Of a stretch of DNA of 64,000 nucleotides, positions 57,873 to 64,000 are shown one piece after another. Made by a program: the position numbers and the translations under genes. Position 1 is the stretch's first letter. Each line of letters begins with the position of its first letter. This DNA is from a virus (Duplodnaviria; Caudoviricetes), in the IMG/VR virus record IMGVR_UViG_2890351070_000001, positions 1 through 64,000 of that record, one strand, 5' to 3'. The notes under the pieces were generated by a model. It was not told where the DNA came from. It saw nothing but the letters and a program-made list of their open reading frames with translations, and searched no databases.

Positions 57873-59513
57873 ATGCAGTTAGCCGAAACGGTTATCAATC
57901 GACAGAGTGCGCTCCAACAGGATCGCCAGAAGTATGACAAGGTCTGGAAAGAGACCGCCGAGCGCATGGACCCCTTTGGCTCCATCCTTGATGGTAAACG
58001 GGGTGACATGTCAAAGATGTTCAGCTCTCGCCCCCTACAAGACCTCAGCCGTTTTGCAGCCGCCATAGAAAGCCTTCTTATCCCTCGTGGATCTGTCTGG
58101 CATGGCCTAGAGCCTGTCGAAGACGAGCTTAAAGAAGATGATGAGGTTCAGGCTTGGGGCGAGGCGAGGGCAAAGAAACTCTTCCAGGTTCGCTATATGG
58201 CTAAGTCCGGCTTTGTCTCCAACACACAACGAATGTTCAAGTCTCTTGGTTGTTACGGTAATCAGGTGTTGATGACAGAAGAAGTGCTTGAGCGCGGACC
58301 AGGTGGCGAAGATCTCCCCCCCATCCGCTATAGGTCTATCCCAATCAACGAATGTTATCTGGCCTCCAATGCATGGGGACAAACAGACGTCTTCTATCGC
58401 GTTTACAAACTTACCCTCCGCCAGATCATTACTGAATTTGGTGAAGACAATATCCCTCTGCACCTAAAGCAGCGGATGGACAAGCCTGATCTGCTTGAAG
58501 AGAAATTTGAAATCATCCATGCGATAGATGCTTCATTGTCTGGCAAGATAAAAACGAACTTTGCGTGGCCTTCCGTTCACGTTCTCAAACTACATCATCA
58601 TGTGTTGCGTGAGTCCGGCTATTACGAATTTCCTATTCATGCATCTTCATTCGTAGAGAGCGACGGGGAAACTTATGGATGGGGTCCGGCTATGATGGCC
58701 TTACCTGATATCAAGCAACTCAATGTGATGAACAAGACCACCATTGCAGCAGCAGAACAGGCAGTGTCTCCCGCCTTTGCAACGGTTCAAAAGCTGAAAC
58801 GTCGCCTTAACCTCGGTGCCAATGCAATCAATCCGGATCTGGTTACTGATGATGGCCGATTAAAGATTCAACCAATTGTGACCGGTGCGCGTCCTGATAT
58901 TGGTGAACAGCTTATAGAGAAGAAGCAACTCGATATCTCTGCAAACTTCTATGGTGATCTCTGGCAGATCCTTGTGAACAAGCCAGATATGACAGCCTAT
59001 GAAGCTGCTTTACGGGCACAGGAAAAGAACGAGTTGATTGGGCCACCTTTTGCCAAGCAGGAAGAAATGCTGGCGTCTATGGTCATGCGTGAGAATGCTA
59101 TTCTTGAGCGTCAAGCTGCCGATGGTATTATTGAGCTGGCCCCACGTCCTCAAGCTTTAGAAGGTCGCAGCCTTTCCCTGAAATTCACCAGCCCAATGGC
59201 TAAGCTGCGTCGTGCTGCGGAAGATGTGGGCATTCAACGGACGTTAGAAACAGCAGCACAACAGGCGCAGTTCGATCCCTCTATCATGGATAACTTTGAT
59301 CACGACAAAATCATTCGTGCGCGCGCTGATATTAATGGCATGCCCGCAGATCTTCTGCGATCCATTGATGAGGTTCAGGGGAGCAGGCAAGCGAAGGCTG
59401 AGGCCGAACAGCAGCAAGGGCTATTAGAGCAACAACAGCAACAGGCCGAAATTCAGAAAACATTGGCACCTGCATTGGATGCGCAAACCCGAGCGAATGA
59501 GGCGCTTCGATAA
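57873..59513 (+). CDS. Portal protein
   Basis: Close paralog of 12495-14156. Confidence 0.9.
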   Translation: MQLAETVINRQSALQQDRQKYDKVWKETAERMDPFGSILDGKRGDMSKMFSSRPLQDLSRFAAAIESLLIPRGSVWHGLEPVEDELKEDDEVQAWGEARAKKLFQVRYMAKSGFVSNTQRMFKSLGCYGNQVLMTEEVLERGPGGEDLPPIRYRSIPINECYLASNAWGQTDVFYRVYKLTLRQIITEFGEDNIPLHLKQRMDKPDLLEEKFEIIHAIDASLSGKIKTNFAWPSVHVLKLHHHVLRESGYYEFPIHASSFVESDGETYGWGPAMMALPDIKQLNVMNKTTIAAAEQAVSPAFATVQKLKRRLNLGANAINPDLVTDDGRLKIQPIVTGARPDIGEQLIEKKQLDISANFYGDLWQILVNKPDMTAYEAALRAQEKNELIGPPFAKQEEMLASMVMRENAILERQAADGIIELAPRPQALEGRSLSLKFTSPMAKLRRAAEDVGIQRTLETAAQQAQFDPSIMDNFDHDKIIRARADINGMPADLLRSIDEVQGSRQAKAEAEQQQGLLEQQQQQAEIQKTLAPALDAQTRANEALR

Positions 59514-59791
59514 TGCTTAAGGGCTGGCCTTTCTCTCTCAAAAAACAGCATGAGCTTGTTGAGGCCTATAGCCGTATCTTCGCAACGGATGACGGACAAG
59601 TTGTTCTTGCTGACATTCTCGATCAAGCACAGGCATTTGAAGCAACTCCACCCGATGGGCCAAGTGAATTTAATGACGGCAAGCGTGCCGTTGCTTTCGA
59701 CATTCTCCGCAAGGCCTCAGTAAGCCCTGAGTTAAGGGCTGAGCTGGCTAAAGCGGCATATCTAAAACAAGAGGAAGATGAACATGAGTGA
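59513..59791 (+). CDS. Bbp19-like small protein
   Basis: Paralog of 14161-14442. Confidence 0.75.
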   Translation: MLKGWPFSLKKQHELVEAYSRIFATDDGQVVLADILDQAQAFEATPPDGPSEFNDGKRAVAFDILRKASVSPELRAELAKAAYLKQEEDEHE

Positions 59792-60479
59792 AGAGCAGAG
59801 CGCAGAAGCTCCCCCCGTTGAAACATCAAACGAAACACCAAATGAAGCCTCCGAAAACGGGGGCTTTTTTGATGGCAAATCGGTTGAGCAAGAGCAGGAA
59901 GGTTTTCTTGCGGATAAAGGTGATGCTGAAAGCAATGGTGATGAGGCTCCAAAGGGCGAGCAGGACAACACCGATGATAAGCCCGTTGAGTATGAGTTCA
60001 AGCTTCCTGATGGCATCGAAGACAGTGAAGAAACACAAGCTTATACGAATGAGCTAAAGACTATGGCCCAAGCCTTAAAGCTTTCTCCTGAGCAAGCTCA
60101 AGCCCTTCTGGAATTGGACATTAAAGCAAAAACAGAAGGCGCCGAGGAGTACAAGGCTGCTCAGGAAAAGGATGAGAAGGACAAGATTAAAGCGGCAGAG
60201 AAAGCCGTTATAGAAACGAAAGCTGCCCTTAAGGAAGAGTGGGGCGGCGATACAGACAAGAACGTCAGAACCGCCAACAGAGCTTTAAAGGAGTTTGGCG
60301 GTTCTGAGTTGGAAGGCGTTTTGAATGAAGCTGGTGTTTTAAATAACGCCACTGTCATTCGTGCTTTCCACAAGGCTGGCCTCTCCTTGGTGGAGGACAG
60401 CAGCCCCGGTGGAGCTGGCGCAACCAAGCGCAACAAATCCGCTGCGGAAATTCTCTACCCAGATGAAAAGAAAGGTTAG
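59778..60479 (+). CDS. Capsid scaffolding protein
   Basis: C-terminal KSAAEILYP; paralog of 14435-15244. Confidence 0.8.
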   Translation: MNMSEEQSAEAPPVETSNETPNEASENGGFFDGKSVEQEQEGFLADKGDAESNGDEAPKGEQDNTDDKPVEYEFKLPDGIEDSEETQAYTNELKTMAQALKLSPEQAQALLELDIKAKTEGAEEYKAAQEKDEKDKIKAAEKAVIETKAALKEEWGGDTDKNVRTANRALKEFGGSELEGVLNEAGVLNNATVIRAFHKAGLSLVEDSSPGGAGATKRNKSAAEILYPDEKKG

Positions 60480-60483
60480 CTAG

Positions 60484-61503
60484 ATGGCTACACTTGGGAA
60501 CACTTTTGTCGATCTTATCGACATCTACAAGCAGACGGACCCGAACGGCTCGACTGCAACTATTATTGAGCTTTTGAAGCAGCAAAATCCCGTTTTGGAT
60601 GATGCGATTGCTATGCAATGTAACAAGGGATCAGAACACCTGCATACCATTCGTACCGGTTTGCCGTCTGTTTCCTGGGGCGCGTTGTATCAGGGGATCA
60701 CGCAATCAAAAGCCAAACAACAACAGGTAACCGATACAACAGGTTATCTGGAAGCTTTGGCAACCATTGATGAGCGTGTCCTGAACCTGTCAAAGAATGA
60801 AGCAGGTGTACGCCTTAATGAGGCTATGGCGTTCATGGAATCGATGAACCAGGAAGCGGCTTCGGGTTTGTTCTATCATGATACAAAAACAACCCCTGAG
60901 AAGTTCAAAGGGCTTTCCGCACGCTTCAATGTCGTTGGTGGTGGTGGCGCAGGTAATCAGGTGATTGATGCCGGTGGTACAGGGTCGGACAACACATCTA
61001 TCTGGTTTGTAACTTGGGGTGATCGTCACTGCCACTTACTTTATCCGGAAGGCACAAAAGCCGGCCTTGATCGTGAAGATATGGGCCGTCAACGCGTTTT
61101 GGATGAAAACAACAATCCGTACTATGTGAAAGAAGAAAAATTCACATGGCATCTTGGATTGGCGGTCAAGGATTGGCGTTATGTATCCCGTGTTGCAAAT
61201 GTGGACGTGTCTGAAATGCAGGCGGGCAATGTCGCATTGTACGATTTCATGCGCAAAGCCTTCTACAAACTGCAAAGCCGTATGCGTCGGGGTGATGCAG
61301 CGGGTGGTCGTCAGGTTATCTACTGCAACCGTGATGTGCTGGAAGCCTTGGACGCACTGGCAACGAATGCCGGGTCTGGCGATAACTTTGTGCGCCTAAA
61401 GGGCACCGAGCTTGAGGGCAAAGAAGTCCTTACCTATCGCGGCATTCCTATCCGTGAAACTGACGCGCTTCTGAATACAGAAGCTCGCGTACTTGCTGCT
61501 TAA
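60484..61503 (+). CDS. Major capsid protein
   Basis: 339 aa, near-identical to 15247-16266. Confidence 0.9.
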   Translation: MATLGNTFVDLIDIYKQTDPNGSTATIIELLKQQNPVLDDAIAMQCNKGSEHLHTIRTGLPSVSWGALYQGITQSKAKQQQVTDTTGYLEALATIDERVLNLSKNEAGVRLNEAMAFMESMNQEAASGLFYHDTKTTPEKFKGLSARFNVVGGGGAGNQVIDAGGTGSDNTSIWFVTWGDRHCHLLYPEGTKAGLDREDMGRQRVLDENNNPYYVKEEKFTWHLGLAVKDWRYVSRVANVDVSEMQAGNVALYDFMRKAFYKLQSRMRRGDAAGGRQVIYCNRDVLEALDALATNAGSGDNFVRLKGTELEGKEVLTYRGIPIRETDALLNTEARVLAA

Positions 61504-61514
61504 GGAGAATTGAC

Positions 61515-61943
61515 ATGATTTTCAGCAAACAGCTTACATTCTCAGATCAGCAAGCCATTACTGGTGATGCTGCATCGACGAACATTCTGGATCTCGGTGT
61601 GCCTGGTACTGTTTACGGTGCATCTGCTGCCATGAAGCAGGATATTGGCCCGGGTGATAAAATCCCGCTTCTTGTACAGGTGACGGAAGATTTCAATAAT
61701 CTCACCAACCTGAAAATCTCTATTGAGGTCGATAGCACGACCGCTTTTTCTTCACCGAAACAGCTTGCCTCTCAAGCAATCCTTTTGTCCGAGCTAAAGG
61801 TGGGCAAACAGTTCAGTGTCGATTGTATTCCGAATGGTGCTGATGAACGTTACATGCGTATTCATTACGATGTCTCTGGCACGAACCCTTCGACGGGCAA
61901 GGTAACAGCCGGTATTACGATGGGAGTTCAGACTAATGGCTAA
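61515..61943 (+). CDS. Capsid cement protein (Bbp16-like)
   Basis: Paralog of 16349-16771. Confidence 0.8.
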   Translation: MIFSKQLTFSDQQAITGDAASTNILDLGVPGTVYGASAAMKQDIGPGDKIPLLVQVTEDFNNLTNLKISIEVDSTTAFSSPKQLASQAILLSELKVGKQFSVDCIPNGADERYMRIHYDVSGTNPSTGKVTAGITMGVQTNG

Positions 61944-62223
61944 CCGTAACAAGAGAAAGCCTGCTCCTGCAGCCACTCAAGAGCCTGTTGTTGAAGCTCC
62001 TACAGAGGAAGCGACGCAGAAAGAGAAGGAGGCAGTCAGAGATGATAGCACTTCTTCAGATGCTGATGAGGATGCTCAAGAGCCTGTTGTTGAAGAGAGC
62101 CTTGAAGTGATAGCCACCAAATCTGGTTATTACGGGTCCAAACTCCGAGAGGTGGGTGAAGATTTCACGCTCAGGGACAAAGATCACTTCTCCAAAAATT
62201 GGATGAAGCGCAAAGAGGCTTAG
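61936..62223 (+). CDS. Small virion-module protein
   Basis: Paralog of 16771-17007. Confidence 0.65.
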   Translation: MANRNKRKPAPAATQEPVVEAPTEEATQKEKEAVRDDSTSSDADEDAQEPVVEESLEVIATKSGYYGSKLREVGEDFTLRDKDHFSKNWMKRKEA

Positions 62224-62304
62224 AGCCTCTTTTTTTATGGGAGGGCTTAATGTGTTTGGCCCTCTCTCTTTTAGATCATTTCATAAAATTATTAGAGGTT
62301 TTCC

Positions 62305-62883
62305 ATGAGCAGCAAAGTAGAGATTTGCCGAGATGCTTTACAGATCTTGGGTGATAAATCCATTGTCTCATTGGAAGACAGCAGCAAGGAAGCACGACAG
62401 TGCAAGATTGCCTATCCCAGAGCGGTAGAGACCGTCTTGCGTAGCTATCCCTGGTCGTGCGCCATTCGTCGGGTCAAACTGGCTGCATCAGCAGAAGTAT
62501 CTGCTTTTGGAGAGTGGAAACGATATCGCCGCCCGGTTGATGACATTCAGGTTTTGCCGATCACAACGACAGGTGAAGCCAATGGCTTACCCGTGACCTA
62601 TCAACTAGAGGGACGGTATATCCTGTGCCACCAAGACGCACCGCTTTATTATCGCTATATCAGTAGTGAGGTTGAACCGTCTGATATGCCGCCGGATTTA
62701 CGCCGTGTTGTGGCAACTCAGTTGGCCGTGAGATTGGCAGAGGTTCTGACCGGATCGCAAACCAAATTGAATATGGCTCTTGGTCTCTATCGGAATGATT
62801 TGGCTCAGGCAAAAGCCAACGACATGATGGAAGATGGTGTGAGTGATATTATGTCTTCATCATGGGTGGAGGCGCGAAACTGA
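62305..62883 (+). CDS. Tail adaptor (tubular protein A-like)
   Basis: Protein identical to 17111-17689. Confidence 0.85.
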   Translation: MSSKVEICRDALQILGDKSIVSLEDSSKEARQCKIAYPRAVETVLRSYPWSCAIRRVKLAASAEVSAFGEWKRYRRPVDDIQVLPITTTGEANGLPVTYQLEGRYILCHQDAPLYYRYISSEVEPSDMPPDLRRVVATQLAVRLAEVLTGSQTKLNMALGLYRNDLAQAKANDMMEDGVSDIMSSSWVEARN

Positions 62884-64000
62884 TGCCACCAAGAACCCTT
62901 CAGGCCAGCTTTGTTCGCGGCGAGATTACGCCCCGATTACATGGACGGGAAGATACAGATCTTTACCAGCAGGGCCTTGCTCTATGTGAAAATTGGATTG
63001 TTTTGCCTCATGGGGGCATGACACGACGCCCTGGTACACGATTTGTCGCCAACGCAAAACATTCGGATAAGCAGTGCCGGTTAATATCATTTGAATACTC
63101 GACAACTGACACCTACACAATTGAAGTAGGTGATTTGTATATGCGGTTTTACCGTGATTTCGGGCAAATAGAAAAAGATGATGCCCCCTATGAAATTACC
63201 ACACCTTATAAGGAAGAAGAGCTGTTTGATCTGGTTTTTACCCAGACGGAAAACAGTCTGTGGATTGTGCACAAGGATCATCCGCCAAAAGAATTGAAAC
63301 GAAATGATCATGCCGATTGGGCCTTGGCGGATATTACCTTTACCGCCAAACCGTCGGAATGGAAGGCAGGGAATTATCCCAGACGTTGCTCCTTTTATCA
63401 GCAGCGATCTATTTTTGCCTCACCACCAGATCAACCACAAACCATCTGGACGTCGAAAACATCTAATGAGAAAAATTTCACTTTAGGCACGAATGCCGAC
63501 GATGCGTTCAAAGCCACGATCAAGGCCGGACAAGTCAACCATATTCAATGGATGGTCGAGGGACGTGCCCTGATGATGGGGACGTCCGGTGCCACAAGGA
63601 CTTTGAGTGGATCTTCGGCCAATGAAGCCTTAACGGTTACGTCGGTTATCAACCGTCGCCATACCACCGAGGGATCAGCCGCTATTCCACCGATCCAGAA
63701 GGGGGAGGTGGCCCTCTTTTTAAGCCGGAACAGAAAGCGGTTGCATGAATTTGTTTTTTCGTTTGAGCGAGACAGCTTTATTGCGCCGGATCAGACTTTT
63801 TTATCTCAACATATAACGGGAACTGGAATTAAAGACATGGCCCTTGCCACCGATCCGGACGCAATCATTTGGATGGTTCGGGATGATGGTCAACTTGTTG
63901 GTGTAACCTATGAGAAAGAAAACGAAGTTGTTGCTTATCATAGGCACAAACTTGGCGGATCGACCGATGATCATGAATGGGGTGAGGTTGAATCTCTAAC
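62883..64000 (+). CDS. Tail nozzle (tubular protein B-like), truncated by window end
   Basis: MPPRTLQASFVRGEITP start; paralog of 17689-19452. Confidence 0.85.
   Translation, partial: MPPRTLQASFVRGEITPRLHGREDTDLYQQGLALCENWIVLPHGGMTRRPGTRFVANAKHSDKQCRLISFEYSTTDTYTIEVGDLYMRFYRDFGQIEKDDAPYEITTPYKEEELFDLVFTQTENSLWIVHKDHPPKELKRNDHADWALADITFTAKPSEWKAGNYPRRCSFYQQRSIFASPPDQPQTIWTSKTSNEKNFTLGTNADDAFKATIKAGQVNHIQWMVEGRALMMGTSGATRTLSGSSANEALTVTSVINRRHTTEGSAAIPPIQKGEVALFLSRNRKRLHEFVFSFERDSFIAPDQTFLSQHITGTGIKDMALATDPDAIIWMVRDDGQLVGVTYEKENEVVAYHRHKLGGSTDDHEWGEVESL

Larger units (their letters stand above)
32740..64000. mobile_element. Element 2: temperate podovirus-type prophage (right end outside window)
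   Basis: Integrase next to tRNA, leftward early operon, cI/cro, replication genes, terS to tail genes. Confidence 0.93.

Overview
Alphaproteobacterial-looking chromosome (inferred from GapR/DUF2312 and PAS_5-like genes). It starts with a topoisomerase III gene fused to a degenerate RecD2-like helicase (1-4017). Two closely related podovirus-type (BPP-1/T7-tail-like) virion modules follow. Element 1 (about 4260-30954) has intact packaging, head, tail and lysis genes but no integrase, repressor or replication genes, so it is a candidate domesticated particle or gene transfer agent (GTA). After an ABM/AraC pair and tRNA-Ser(GCT), element 2 (from about 32740, running off the window) is a temperate prophage with integrase, recombination, immunity, replication and a paralogous structural module. 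The two modules share patchy, apparently identical DNA tracts. Signals the ORF track does not explain include: a tRNA-shaped RNA with a greatly extended anticodon arm (41953-42099); a dual-frame C5 methyltransferase broken at a G10 tract; a GNAT + PAS + HTH module beside a repressor lacking a protease domain; two tiny secreted His/Cys peptides; a nonsense-split antirepressor; and pre-portal proteins sharing a C-terminal module with a scaffold-like LYP motif. All family calls are by motif recognition; no searches were run.
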